Positions 48,378-58,228 of a DNA stretch of 64,000 nt are shown piece by piece (the stretch's first letter is position 1; every line of letters starts with the position of its first letter). Location of the stretch: NCBI GenBank assembly GCA_045604705.1, contig JAZUOO010000012.1:11429-75428 (forward strand), read 5' to 3'. This DNA is from Eubacteriales bacterium. GTDB taxonomy: Bacteria > Bacillota > Clostridia > Oscillospirales > CAG-382. The position numbers were made by a program, and so were the translations under genes. The notes below the pieces were generated by a model. That model was not told the origin of the DNA. It did no database searches and was given only the letters and a program-made list of their open reading frames with translations.

Positions 48378-49034
48378 ATGACAAACTACGAAAAAATTTG
48401 CAAAGCTAATCCTCAAATTAAGATTGAGATGCTTACAAATGACAGCTTCCGTCCCTATGGCGAAATCGTAACAGGCTACGATTATTCCGAAATTATTTGC
48501 TATATGGAGAATAATACCAAGATACCCGACGGATGTGAGTACTGCCCCACCGTTCCGGAAATGGAAGCAACAGAAGCTGCAAAGAAAATTGTTGATGTAT
48601 ACTGTGGCGGTATGCCTGCTCAGTTTGGATACACCAACGGAACAACCGAATATCTTGATGCTCTTGAATACCACAAGGCAAGTGAACTCGTTATTGCCGT
48701 TACAGACCTTATCGTTCTTGTCGCACTCAGAAGTGAAATTATTGATAATAAACTCGATGTAAACTGTGTTAAGGCTTTCTATGTTCCCGCTGGAACAGGC
48801 TTTGAAATGTATGCAACTACTCTCCACTATGCACCCGTAAGAGCATTTGAAGATGGTTACAAGTCCGTTGTCGTGCTTCCAAAGGGTACAAATTATGATA
48901 TTGAAAAGTCCGAGCTTGACCCCACGCTTTGGGGAACAAACAAGTGGCTTATTGCTCATCCCGATGCTGAATCTCTTAAGTCAGATGGTGCTGCCTGCTG
49001 GATTGTGGGAGAAAATATTCATATCAATCTTTAA
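48378..49034 (+). CDS. DUF4867 family protein
   Basis: FRPYGEIVTGYDYSEIICYMENNTKIP, GYTNGTTEYLDALEYHKASE, TTLHYAP and NKWLIAHPD match my recollection of DUF4867 proteins. Confidence 0.6.
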   Translation: MTNYEKICKANPQIKIEMLTNDSFRPYGEIVTGYDYSEIICYMENNTKIPDGCEYCPTVPEMEATEAAKKIVDVYCGGMPAQFGYTNGTTEYLDALEYHKASELVIAVTDLIVLVALRSEIIDNKLDVNCVKAFYVPAGTGFEMYATTLHYAPVRAFEDGYKSVVVLPKGTNYDIEKSELDPTLWGTNKWLIAHPDAESLKSDGAACWIVGENIHINL

Positions 49035-49039
49035 ATTCT

Positions 49040-49555
49040 GAGCCGCTATTAACTTAAGCATTTCTCCTCGGCTTAGGTTTTCGGCTTCACCTTGTGCTAA
49101 CTCGGCATATTCTTGGGCTATACTCTTTGTCTTAGATGTATTACTTTTGTAATTACTTAATTTCATCAACAGCGGTCTTTGCTTCTTCGTAGGCTTCTTT
49201 AATAGCCTTAGCAGCCTTTTCCTGTTTTATTTTATTCACTATTGCCGCACCACCAAAAATAGTTTAGCTGCGGTTATACCAGTTATAACAGGATGAGCAG
49301 ACGCTAGCGTTAAAAGACCTTTGCCAAAACCAGCCAAAGCTCCTCCAACACCTCTAGTTTTAGAACCAATATTGGTTAAAAATGAAGCCGATTCTTTTCC
49401 GTTTGCCAAAGTTACTCCTGCTTTGGCGGCAATTAAATTAGCCTCAGCCTGAGTTAATGCTTTGGTTTGAACCAACTCTCTTAGCTTGGCGGCAGTTACT
49501 GTATTTGTTGACAGAACAAGTTTTGCTTGTCCAAGATTTAATCCTTTTAGTACAG
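49040..49555 (-). pseudogene. decayed fragment of a long coiled-coil/TM protein, probably a phage tail tape-measure gene (5'-truncated, at least 2 frame breaks)
   Basis: Minus-strand frames read ...LGQAKLVLSTNTVTAAKLRELVQTKALTQAEANLIAAKAGVTLANGKE...GLLTLASAHPVITGITAAKLF, then a frame break at a T5 run, then GGAAIVNKIKQEKAAKAIKEAYEEAKTAVDEIK, then another break, then KLSNYKSNTSKTKSIAQEYAELAQGEAENLS. No start codon and no RBS. Confidence 0.45.
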
Positions 49556-49647
49556 TTGTATAATTTTACAAATGTCTACGATTGTATTGTTTTTTTAGAT
49601 CGTATGTGGTATAATTATCCATAACAATCAATATTGGAGGTTTACGT

Positions 49648-49965
49648 ATGAATACTGACAACAAAAACTTAATTAAAAAACTTGGCAGACTTGGTGTTCT
49701 TGACACAGAGCCAGTTCAAAACAACTATATGTCAAGATTTAATAAAAATGAAAACGACATAACAATAGAAAATGATTCTGGGGTAACTTGCAAAGTCATT
49801 ACAGATAATGTTACAGATGAAGAATTACCATTGATGATTATGGCTGAACAACTATCAACTTTAAAGTCCATTAGAAATATGGTTAAATACTTCTATGTTT
49901 CAGCACTTATCGCCGCAGGTATCTGGTTGCTATTTTTCCTTATCGAATTGGGAGATAAACTTTAA
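49648..49965 (+). CDS. hypothetical protein with a C-terminal TM helix
   Basis: 105-aa ORF with GGAGG RBS. No motif. Confidence 0.35.
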   Translation: MNTDNKNLIKKLGRLGVLDTEPVQNNYMSRFNKNENDITIENDSGVTCKVITDNVTDEELPLMIMAEQLSTLKSIRNMVKYFYVSALIAAGIWLLFFLIELGDKL

Positions 49966-50146
49966 TAACCACCCCGCAAACAATAGGAGAGGATGCATAT
50001 GAGCGATAAACTCAACCAAGAATATTGCAAACAGATTGATAATCTATTGACCTTTGAACACTGGGCGTCGTATAGATTTTATTTTTCCTCTAAATACGCA
50101 AGGAGTGTATCTAAGATTGATACACTCCAAAATTTTTTTGTATTAC

Positions 50147-50880
50147 GAAAACCACCAGCAGAGCTGGTGGTTCCAAAAAGCTTTAGCTATGCGTAGAAAA
50201 AATACCTCCTTTGATGTATAATAAAGTTGGTCTGCCAACCAAACAAAAAACATCAAAGGAGGATCAAGTCGTGAAACTTGACACAGATAGTTTAGCACAT
50301 ACGCAATGGAATTGCAAGTACCATATAGTATTTGCCCCAAAATATCGAAGACAAATAATATATGGAAAAATAAAAGCAGATATAGGAATAATGTTGAGAA
50401 AACTATGCGAATACAAGGGAGTAGAAATATTGGAAGCAGAAGCGTGTAAGGATCATATACATATGCTGCTGTCAATACCACCAAAGTATAGTGTATCACA
50501 AATAATGGGGTATCTGAAAGGCAAAAGCAGTTTGATGATATTTGAGAAGTACGCCAATATGAAGTATAAATATGGCAACAGACATTTTTGGTGTTGGGGA
50601 TATTATGTAGATACGGTAGGTCGAAATAAAAAGGCGATAGAGCAGTATATAAGAAATCAGTTGAAAGAAGATAATGAAGCAGAGCAACTGAGTATAATGG
50701 AATATATTGACCCGTTTACGGGTCAGCCGGTAAAAGAGGGCAAATAAAAAAGTCCCTTTAGGGACATGCCTGCAAAAGTCGTGCGGTTGGCAGACTTTTC
50801 GACGAGCCTATAGGCTCAGCCTATGACATGCCCCAAGGGGGCTTGTGCAAGCCACCGGCACGGCCGGTGGTTATGACTAT
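50147..50880 (+). mobile_element. IS200/IS605-family insertion sequence (tnpA only)
   Basis: Subterminal hairpins of the same design: AACCACCAGCagaGCTGGTGGTT (50150-50172) and CCACCGGCacgGCCGGTGG (50852-50870). TTAC immediately left of the left end. RBS-sequestering stem CCTCCTTTGATGT...ACATCAAAGGAGG. Ends are approximate. Confidence 0.8.
50271..50747 (+). CDS. tnpA: IS200/IS605 family Y1 (HUH) transposase TnpA
   Basis: LAHTQWNCKYHIVFAPKYRR, DHIHMLLSIPPKYSVS (HUH), GRNKKAIEQYIRNQ (catalytic Tyr region). GTG 50271 lies 8 nt after AAAGGAGG; the track start is 50211. Confidence 0.9.
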   Translation: MKLDTDSLAHTQWNCKYHIVFAPKYRRQIIYGKIKADIGIMLRKLCEYKGVEILEAEACKDHIHMLLSIPPKYSVSQIMGYLKGKSSLMIFEKYANMKYKYGNRHFWCWGYYVDTVGRNKKAIEQYIRNQLKEDNEAEQLSIMEYIDPFTGQPVKEGK

Positions 50881-50921
50881 GTATTAGAAATCTAAAGTTT
50901 TAAGACAAATAATCGCAAAAT

Positions 50922-51415
50922 TCAGTTGTTTTGGTCGTTAATCGGAGGGGGATCAATTTGAGTGATCGGAACGGCAAAAATGTCACTACTGTTTAAAGTT
51001 GAAGCTGTATTTTGTGAATTTGTCGCAGTACCAGTAAAGTTTGGAGTGGGCGGAGTATAAAAAGGAGCTTGAGGTGTTGTCGCAGAACCAATGTTGCTTC
51101 TGGGAGCGGATGCACCGGAATTTGCGGCAATCCTTTCAAGAAGAGCTGTCTGATACCAGCTTTGCTCAAGAATCTTGGAATTAGCATCTACAAGCTCGCC
51201 GAAAGCGTAAAGCTGACAGTTTGTAAGCCATGCGACAAAAAACCGAAGCCAACTAACAATATGGAAATTAAAAAACCTGAGAATGCCACCAGTGCATGAC
51301 CGTAAGCAAGTGTGATACTAAACAACAGCAATGCCATAAAAGAGAAGCAGATGATCTCTATAATGGCAAGGATTTTTGCCAAAGTTTTGAGTTTTGAACC
51401 AATGTTTTTAAACAT
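50922..51415 (-). pseudogene. small membrane protein gene split by a frame break at an A6/T6 homopolymer (51237-51242)
   Basis: Frame 1 gives MFKNIGSKLKTLAKILAIIEIICF...LVGFGF and then stops 17 codons later. One extra T would continue ...FVAWLTNCQLYAFGELVDANSKILEQSWYQTALLERIAANSG...PPINDQNN to the stop at 50922. Confidence 0.5.
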
Positions 51416-51702
51416 AACGTGTCCTCCAAAATCTTTTTTTGATTAATTATAACACTTAGATTTGAATTTGTAAATACTTTATAAGAAATTTGTCAATTAA
51501 TTTTTAAATTTGGTGTAAAGCATTCAAATCCAATAATGGACTTTCAATATTTAGTAAAGGTTCCGTAAATTAACAGATGGTGATATAAGCGAGGTCATGA
51601 ACTGAGACATTTAACATCGACAATTCTCTTTATCGTCAAGTCAAACAAAAAACGCCCGACGAAAAGTCGGACGTTGAAAAAATTTATAATATCATCAAAA
51701 TC

Positions 51703-53061
51703 TTAGTTTCTAAGAGAATGAATCGGCGCAGGAATTCTACCACCTCTTGCAATGAACTTTGCGGAGCTGAAATTGTTAACAGGCATTACGGGAGCATAGC
51801 CCAGAAGTCCGCCGAATTCAACCTTATCCCCAACTTTTTTGCCGTAAGCAGGAATAAGTCTGCAGGCGGTTGTCTTGCCGTTTATCATGCCAATGGCAGC
51901 TTCATCCGCAATAATCGCAGAGATTGTTTCCGCACTTGTATCACCGGGTATGGCAATCATATCAAGACCAACGGAGCATACTGACGTCATAGCTTCAAGC
52001 TTTTCAAGAGTGAGTGAACCGCAATTTACCGCGTCAATCATCCCCTGGTCTTCTGAAACGGGAATAAATGCACCTGAAAGACCTCCAACGTGAGATGATG
52101 CCATGGCACCGCCCTTTTTCACCGCATCGTTAAGCATGGCAAGTGCCGCAGTAGTACCGGGAGCGCCGCAGCTTTCAAGTCCCATTGCCTCAAGAATGTG
52201 TGCAACTGAGTCACCGACAGCGGGCGTGGGGGCAAGAGAGAGGTCAACAATACCGAAAGGAACGCCGAGTCTTTGAGATGCTTCAACCGCAACAAGCTGT
52301 CCCATTCGGGTAACTTTGAATGCTGTTTTCTTTATAATATCCGCAAGATCGGAGAAATTGCAGTCGCCAGCTTTTTCAACAGCTGCTCTTACAACACCTG
52401 GTCCCGAAACTCCGACATTTATAACACATTCAGGCTCACCGACACCGTGGAATGCACCTGCCATAAACGGATTGTCCTCGGGAACATTTGCAAATACGAC
52501 AAACTTTGCACAGCCGATTGAATAGTTATCCTTTGTAAGATAAGCAAGTTCCTTAACCGTATGTCCGAGCTTTGCAACAGCATCCATGTTGATACCCGCC
52601 CTTGTTGAACCGATATTGACGGAAGAACAAACACATTTTGTTGTGGAAAGAGCCTCGGGAATGGAAGCAATCATCATCTCATCAGCCTTTGTCGAGCCCT
52701 TATGTACAAGAGAGGAAAAACCGCCGAGGAAGTTGATTCCGAGAGTGCTTGCTGCCCTGTCAAGAGCCTTACACAGATTAACGTAATCATCGGGACTTCT
52801 GCTACCACCGATAAGCGAAATGGGAGTTATGGAAACACGCTTGTTGACAATTGGAATACCGTACTGCTTTTCAATATCCTGACCTGTCGAAACGAGCTTT
52901 TCCGCATACTTCGTAATTTTATCGTATACTCTGTCGCAAAGAACCTTGTTATCGTCGGTTGCACAGTCGAGAAGCGAAATTCCCATTGTGATTGTACGCA
53001 CATCAAGGTGTTCTTCGCGGATCATGTTTATGGTTTCAAGAACATCTGAAATATTAATCAT
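51703..53061 (-). CDS. UPF0210 (DUF711, PFL-like) family protein
   Basis: [25 protein letters not shown] at the N-terminus, 452 aa. Conserved pairing with a small ACT protein upstream. Confidence 0.85.
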   Translation of the reverse strand: MINISDVLETINMIREEHLDVRTITMGISLLDCATDDNKVLCDRVYDKITKYAEKLVSTGQDIEKQYGIPIVNKRVSITPISLIGGSRSPDDYVNLCKALDRAASTLGINFLGGFSSLVHKGSTKADEMMIASIPEALSTTKCVCSSVNIGSTRAGINMDAVAKLGHTVKELAYLTKDNYSIGCAKFVVFANVPEDNPFMAGAFHGVGEPECVINVGVSGPGVVRAAVEKAGDCNFSDLADIIKKTAFKVTRMGQLVAVEASQRLGVPFGIVDLSLAPTPAVGDSVAHILEAMGLESCGAPGTTAALAMLNDAVKKGGAMASSHVGGLSGAFIPVSEDQGMIDAVNCGSLTLEKLEAMTSVCSVGLDMIAIPGDTSAETISAIIADEAAIGMINGKTTACRLIPAYGKKVGDKVEFGGLLGYAPVMPVNNFSSAKFIARGGRIPAPIHSLRN

Positions 53062-53072
53062 TTGCCGCTACC

Positions 53073-53342
53073 TCATATTCTGTGCATAGAGTTGAAAATA
53101 TCTTCGTGCATAACATCAATGATGAGGCAATTCTTTTTGCCAAGCTCTTTCATGCTGTCAACGAAAGTTCCAAAATTTTTTGTAAGCTCATTGATGTCAA
53201 CAAGCATAACCATTGCGAAATATTCACTGAGTACGCTCTGTGTGATTTCAAGTATGTTTGCACCGAATTCACTGCAAAGAGTCGAAACCTTTGCGATAAT
53301 TCCTTTTGTATCTTTACCCGTAACCGTTACTACCGCTTTCAT
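53073..53342 (-). CDS. ACT domain protein (UPF0237 family)
   Basis: MKAVVTVTGKDTKGIIAKVSTLCSEFGANILEITQ. 89 aa from ATG 53342. Confidence 0.85.
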   Translation of the reverse strand: MKAVVTVTGKDTKGIIAKVSTLCSEFGANILEITQSVLSEYFAMVMLVDINELTKNFGTFVDSMKELGKKNCLIIDVMHEDIFNSMHRI

Positions 53343-53554
53343 TATTTTACCATTCCTTATCTCAAAAAATTGCAACTTATTATATCATACTTTTTTCAAT
53401 ATGTACAGCCCTTTTTGTTGAAATTTACAATTTTTAAATAATTGAATTGGCATAAGACTTGCATAAGTGTTACAAACAATTGTATATGAATTTATATTGT
53501 ATTCAAAAAAGTAATGTATCATATAGAGAGCTTAATGAATAGGAGAGTATTATT

Positions 53555-54115
53555 ATGGCGAACAATACCAGAACAATTTCCGAGGAAGATAAGCTCAGAT
53601 CCAATTATGCAGAGTATCTTGTAAGACGCAACGGTATAAAATCAATATTTGTTAAGGCTGCAATAATTTTGTTGGCATTAGTGATAGTTGTATTTTCTAT
53701 GGTGTATGTTTTCCCGAAATTTACTGCGGCTGCTATGCTTCCGATATTTGTAGGAACAATGTCACTTTGCTGGTATCTTTGGAGGTTTTCCTGCCTTGAA
53801 TACGAATACATAATCATTTCCGCGACTGTAGAATTCCACAGAATTTACGGTGAACGCACAAGAAAAAAAGTTCACGAGATAAAAACAGCGGACATAGAAA
53901 AAGTAGCTCCCGTTCATGCACACCCGGAAGTTATGGACGCTGATTATGCTGCAATCTACGACTTTTCCAACGGTGAGCACGGGGAAGATTTCTTCTATGT
54001 CCTTTACAACGGTGAAAAGGGTAAAGAGATTATCTATCTCAATGTAATCAAGAAGACACTTGACGTTTTTAAGTACTATAAGGCATCCGCTGTTGAGTAC
54101 GGAAATATTAGATAG
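53555..54115 (+). CDS. hypothetical membrane protein (two TM helices)
   Basis: 186-aa ORF, GGAG RBS, no motif recognised. Confidence 0.4.
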   Translation: MANNTRTISEEDKLRSNYAEYLVRRNGIKSIFVKAAIILLALVIVVFSMVYVFPKFTAAAMLPIFVGTMSLCWYLWRFSCLEYEYIIISATVEFHRIYGERTRKKVHEIKTADIEKVAPVHAHPEVMDADYAAIYDFSNGEHGEDFFYVLYNGEKGKEIIYLNVIKKTLDVFKYYKASAVEYGNIR

Positions 54116-54126
54116 AATTTCTTTCA

Positions 54127-54156
54127 GGGAAGGTTTTCGGACTTTCCCTTTTTTTG
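54127..54156 (+). terminator. intrinsic terminator
   Basis: GGGAAG-loop-CTTTCCC followed by TTTTTTT. Confidence 0.7.
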
Positions 54157-54406
54157 TAATTTTCGGTATAATTTGAATTGCTGTGCAGGCTTGCATAAAA
54201 TAAATATCGGTAGATATAAGACGTACCGACAAACAATGTTACGTAACTAACGCTTCAAGCTACTTATGACAATAATGGGAATCGGTTCGAAACCAGAATT
54301 CTACCACGCAGAAAACGACGAGATAGCTGTAATTTTAATAAGATAAAAGCTTGAAAGAATCCAGGGGATATTTTTTATTCTGTTGTGCGTTTAGAACACT
54401 GAAAAA

Positions 54407-55033
54407 TCAATCCGCATCAAATCTCTCACCGGTAACTTTAACTCTCACTCTGCCGTTGGTAAGATTTACCGCATAATCGTAAAAAGGCTGATACAGTTCA
54501 TTTCTGCAAGCGAGCTTTAAGGTTACATCTGCACCGAACTCTGTGTCATCGCACTTGACTTTCTTTGAATCAAGGTCACGTCTTATCCTCTCATAATCTG
54601 AATAGTCACAGTTAAGTATAAACTCCGTAAAAGGAACAAAGGAGCATATTTCTGCAGCATCAATAGCAATTTTAGCACCCTTTGCGTAAGCTCTGACCAG
54701 TCCGCCAGCACCGAGAAGTATACCTCCGAAATATCTTGTAACAACAATGCACACACCGGTAAGTCCCTCACGCTTAATAACCTCAAGCATTGGCATACCC
54801 GCAGTTCCCGACGGTTCGCCGTCATCCGAAAACCTTGCAATTTCCGTTCCCTGAAGTATATAAGCATGACAGTTATGAGTCGCATCTGCGTGCTTCTTTT
54901 TTATTTCATTAATAAATTCAATAGCCTCATCCTCATTTGCAACAGGGGAAATGTAGCCTATAAATTCAGACTTTTTCTCAACAAACATATCTTTGGCTCG
55001 CATCTTTACCGTTTTATATTCTTTAAGTGCCAT
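54407..55033 (-). CDS. yigZ: YigZ (IMPACT/UPF0029) family protein
   Basis: KSEFIGYISPV..., HADATHNCHAYIL, DDGEPSGTAGMPML, VVTRYFGGILLGAGGLVRAY. Confidence 0.85.
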   Translation of the reverse strand: MALKEYKTVKMRAKDMFVEKKSEFIGYISPVANEDEAIEFINEIKKKHADATHNCHAYILQGTEIARFSDDGEPSGTAGMPMLEVIKREGLTGVCIVVTRYFGGILLGAGGLVRAYAKGAKIAIDAAEICSFVPFTEFILNCDYSDYERIRRDLDSKKVKCDDTEFGADVTLKLACRNELYQPFYDYAVNLTNGRVRVKVTGERFDAD

Positions 55034-55045
55034 CTCTACCTCTTA

Positions 55046-55708
55046 TCAGCTAAGAATTATATCAATAATATCATCGGGATTTTCTGCCACATACTCGGGA
55101 ATACCACCGATATTGCTCTCATTGCCATACCCCCACTTAACCCATATACAATGGCAACCTGCATTTCTTGCGGTTTCAAGATCAACAATGGAGTCACCAA
55201 TAAGCACGCAATCGTCCTTTGAACAACCGGTCTGCTCTATAACATCTAACGTAAACTTTGCATCCGGTTTTAAAAATTCTCCGGGAACAGAGCCTCTAAC
55301 AATATCAAAAAGTCCATTTTCAAAATATGTTTCAATGCAGGCTTCGGCGGCTGCCTGCGGCTTGTTTGACATAATACAAAGAATAATACCATTCTCTTTG
55401 AGTTTACGGCATACATCTGCAATTCCGTCATAAGGCTTTGTCCCGTCAGAAGCGTATTTTTTCAAGAGAGGGAAGTATATCTCATGTATACGCATAACCT
55501 CCCCAGCCTCTCTCTTATCCTCCGGTAATGCACGCCTTACAAGCTCCACACTTCCGAAATTCACGAAATCAACCGTTCTCTCAAGAGGATGCTCAGGATA
55601 ACCGCATATCCTCAACGTTTCATTTATAGCCTTGTTTATGCTTGTAAGTGTATACAGAAGTGTACCGTCAAGGTCGAATATAACACATTTGTACTTTGGG
55701 TTTGTCAT
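55046..55708 (-). CDS. HAD-superfamily hydrolase (phosphoglycolate phosphatase-like)
   Basis: VIFDLDGTLLYT (motif I), SNK (motif II region), GDSIVDLETARNAG (motif IV). Confidence 0.85.
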   Translation of the reverse strand: MTNPKYKCVIFDLDGTLLYTLTSINKAINETLRICGYPEHPLERTVDFVNFGSVELVRRALPEDKREAGEVMRIHEIYFPLLKKYASDGTKPYDGIADVCRKLKENGIILCIMSNKPQAAAEACIETYFENGLFDIVRGSVPGEFLKPDAKFTLDVIEQTGCSKDDCVLIGDSIVDLETARNAGCHCIWVKWGYGNESNIGGIPEYVAENPDDIIDIILS

Positions 55709-55724
55709 ACAATCTCACTTTCAT

Positions 55725-56303
55725 TTACATTTCATCAAGAGTAAGCGTAAATGCATCAAGGAAATTGTCCATGAAGTATTTAAGCTCCTCACAATTATTC
55801 TCTTCAATAGTTTTTTTTATACTATCGTAGGCGCTGTCAAATTCATGGTTCCCCCTGTGCTTTTCCTCAATACATTTAAGAAGTGCAGACAGCTTATCGG
55901 CAGCTTTTACAAGCTTTTCGTACTCTGCATCTTTTCCCGTTGGCTTGAGTATGTCTTCAAATTCTTTCCTAATTTCATCCGGGAGCTTTGAAAGTATCTT
56001 TTCGCAGGAAAGACGTTCGATTTCCTTGTAGACATTCTTCATCGCATCGCTTGAATACTTGACAGGCGTTGGCATATCGCCCGTGTAAACCTCACACATA
56101 TCGTGATACATAGCAAGCGTCATAATCCTGTCCGCATTGTAGTCCTTTTTGAATATCTTGTTTCCGATAACAGCAAGAGCGTGAGCAAGTATTGCAGTAT
56201 CAGCACAATGCTCGGAAAGGGTTTCGTATCTTGTGGAGTGCATAAGCCCCCAGCGGTTAATAAATTTCATTCTGAACGCAAGAGCAAAAAAGGAACTGTT
56301 CAT
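55725..56303 (-). CDS. HD-domain 5'-deoxynucleotidase (YfbR-like)
   Basis: RMKFINRWGLMHSTRYETLSEHC, YHDMCEVYTGDMPTP. ATG 56303 follows GAGGTGG; the track start is GTG 56315. Confidence 0.8.
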   Translation of the reverse strand: MNSSFFALAFRMKFINRWGLMHSTRYETLSEHCADTAILAHALAVIGNKIFKKDYNADRIMTLAMYHDMCEVYTGDMPTPVKYSSDAMKNVYKEIERLSCEKILSKLPDEIRKEFEDILKPTGKDAEYEKLVKAADKLSALLKCIEEKHRGNHEFDSAYDSIKKTIEENNCEELKYFMDNFLDAFTLTLDEM

Positions 56304-56481
56304 GGTCCACCTCACAAATTTATAATTAAGAGTAATATACCACTATTTGAGCATTAAGTCAAGCGGGTATATGTAAAAACAATTGTATTGTTACATCAAT
56401 ATATGCATGACTTACCGCAGTGACGTTTTTAAGGCTTTGCCGATCATTTACAATATTTTATAGAAAGTTCATAATACACTG

Positions 56482-56510
56482 TTGAATATTCACAGCGTAT
56501 GTGATAAAAT
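56482..56510 (+). promoter_or_regulatory. sigma-A-type promoter for the metK leader
   Basis: TTGAAT, 17 nt, TAAAAT. Confidence 0.55.
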
Positions 56511-56527
56511 AAAGCAGAAATAAAAAT

Positions 56528-56674
56528 CTTATCAAGAGTGGCTGAGGGACAGGCCCTGTGAAGCCCGGCAACCTGTAGAGATACAAGGTGCTACTTCCTG
56601 CAAGGACACAAGTCTTTGAGAGATGAGAAACACTTCCTCAAGGTGCAAATGTGTGCTTTGAGTTTTTTATTTTG
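56528..56674 (+). promoter_or_regulatory. SAM-I riboswitch (S-box) with expression-platform terminator
   Basis: CTTATCAAGAG..GAGGGACAGGCCC..GAAGCCCGGCAACC..GGTGCTACTTCCTGCAAGG..GAGAGATGAG matches the S-box core. Terminator CTCAAGGTGCA/TGTGCTTTGAG plus TTTTTT at 56637-56674. Confidence 0.9.
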
Positions 56675-56707
56675 TAAATATAGTAAATTGAAAGGAATGA
56701 TAAATTT

Positions 56708-57886
56708 ATGAGAAAGCTCTTTACATCCGAGTCAGTAACCGAAGGACATCCTGATAAAATCTGCGACCAAATCTCCGACGCAGTGCTTGACGATATTCTC
56801 AAAAACGATCCCATGGGTAGAGTTGCCTGTGAGGTTTCCTGTACAACCGGACTTGTCCTTGTTATGGGTGAAATTACTACAAACCACTATGTAGACATTC
56901 AGAACATCGTTCGTGAAACTGTACGTGAAATAGGTTATGACAGAGCAAAATACGGCTTTGACTGTGATACCTGCGGCGTTATATGTGCAATAGATGGTCA
57001 GTCACCCGACATCGCTCTCGGTGTTGACAAGGCACTTGAAGCAAAGGAAGGACAGATAGTAGATAAGTACGACACCGGTGCGGGTGACCAGGGTATGATG
57101 TTCGGCTTTGCCTGCGATGAGACAGAGGAGCTCATGCCTCTTCCTGTATCCCTTGCACATAAGCTGGCAAAGAAGCTCACAGAGGTAAGAAAAAACGGTA
57201 CTCTTGCATATCTGCGTCCCGACGGAAAAACTCAGGTTACCGTTGAATATGAAGACGATGTTCCTGTAAGAATAGACGCAATTGTCGTATCCTCTCAGCA
57301 CGATGCAGCAGTTGAACTCGAACAGATAAGAAAAGACATAATTGAACACGTCATCAAAACAACCGTTGATGCAAAGCTCATTGACGATAATACAAAGATC
57401 TTCGTAAATCCCACAGGTAGATTTGTAGTAGGAGGTCCCCATGGTGACTCCGGTCTTACCGGCAGAAAGATTATCGTTGATACATACGGTGGTTACTCAC
57501 GTCACGGCGGCGGCGCATTCTCCGGTAAAGACCCGACAAAAGTTGACAGATCTGCAGCATATGCGGCAAGATACGTTGCAAAGAATATCGTAGCGGCGGG
57601 GCTTGCAAAGAAGTGCGAAGTGCAAATCGCCTATGCTATCGGTGTTGCAAAGCCCGTATCCGTAATGGTAGACACTTTCGGAACAGGTAAATATGACGAT
57701 GGAAAGATTGCCGAGGCTGTAAACAACGTATTCGATCTTCGCCCTGCGGCAATAATTGAAGCCCTCGACCTTCGTAAGCCCATATATAAGAAGCTTGCTG
57801 CGTACGGTCATATGGGCAGGGAAGAGCTTGGCGTAAAATGGGAAATGACAGACAAAACCGAAGCACTTTTGTTGGCTGTAAAGTAA
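56708..57886 (+). CDS. metK: S-adenosylmethionine synthase
   Basis: [48 protein letters not shown]. Confidence 0.97.
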   Translation: MRKLFTSESVTEGHPDKICDQISDAVLDDILKNDPMGRVACEVSCTTGLVLVMGEITTNHYVDIQNIVRETVREIGYDRAKYGFDCDTCGVICAIDGQSPDIALGVDKALEAKEGQIVDKYDTGAGDQGMMFGFACDETEELMPLPVSLAHKLAKKLTEVRKNGTLAYLRPDGKTQVTVEYEDDVPVRIDAIVVSSQHDAAVELEQIRKDIIEHVIKTTVDAKLIDDNTKIFVNPTGRFVVGGPHGDSGLTGRKIIVDTYGGYSRHGGGAFSGKDPTKVDRSAAYAARYVAKNIVAAGLAKKCEVQIAYAIGVAKPVSVMVDTFGTGKYDDGKIAEAVNNVFDLRPAAIIEALDLRKPIYKKLAAYGHMGREELGVKWEMTDKTEALLLAVK

Positions 57887-58228
57887 TATTTCTGAAACTG
57901 ACTATTAATGGAAAAACAAGCTGAAATAAAGGATATGCTGTGGTCTACGTTTTGAAACTTGGAATCAATAATAAGGATAGGTATATACGGTTCTTCAATC
58001 TCTGAAAAGTAAAACAAATGCGTAGCCTATAGTGTGCATAACAAGAACTCGTTTTTGCACATTCGGCTCGTATCCGGTATAATATAATAAAATTCAACAA
58101 AGCTTTAAAAGAATATTTATATAATTACGCTCTTTTATTTTTTTATGTATTTTGCTATAATGAAAAGGTAAAAATTGTATTATTATGCGTATGTGATTTA
58201 TGCATTTACACTCAGGAGGTTTATAAAA

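Noticed and set aside
48357-48959. 200-aa ORF antisense to the DUF4867 gene
   Set aside because: It is Cys-rich with no RBS and no motif, and the plus-strand frame matches a known family.
54270-54335. tRNA- or tmRNA-like fragment (GGTTCGAAACC, followed by a frame reading AENDEIAV...)
   Set aside because: The putative T-stem does not pair. There is no acceptor stem or CCA, no tmRNA 5' GGGG...TTCGAC element, and the supposed tag lacks the usual ALAA ending.
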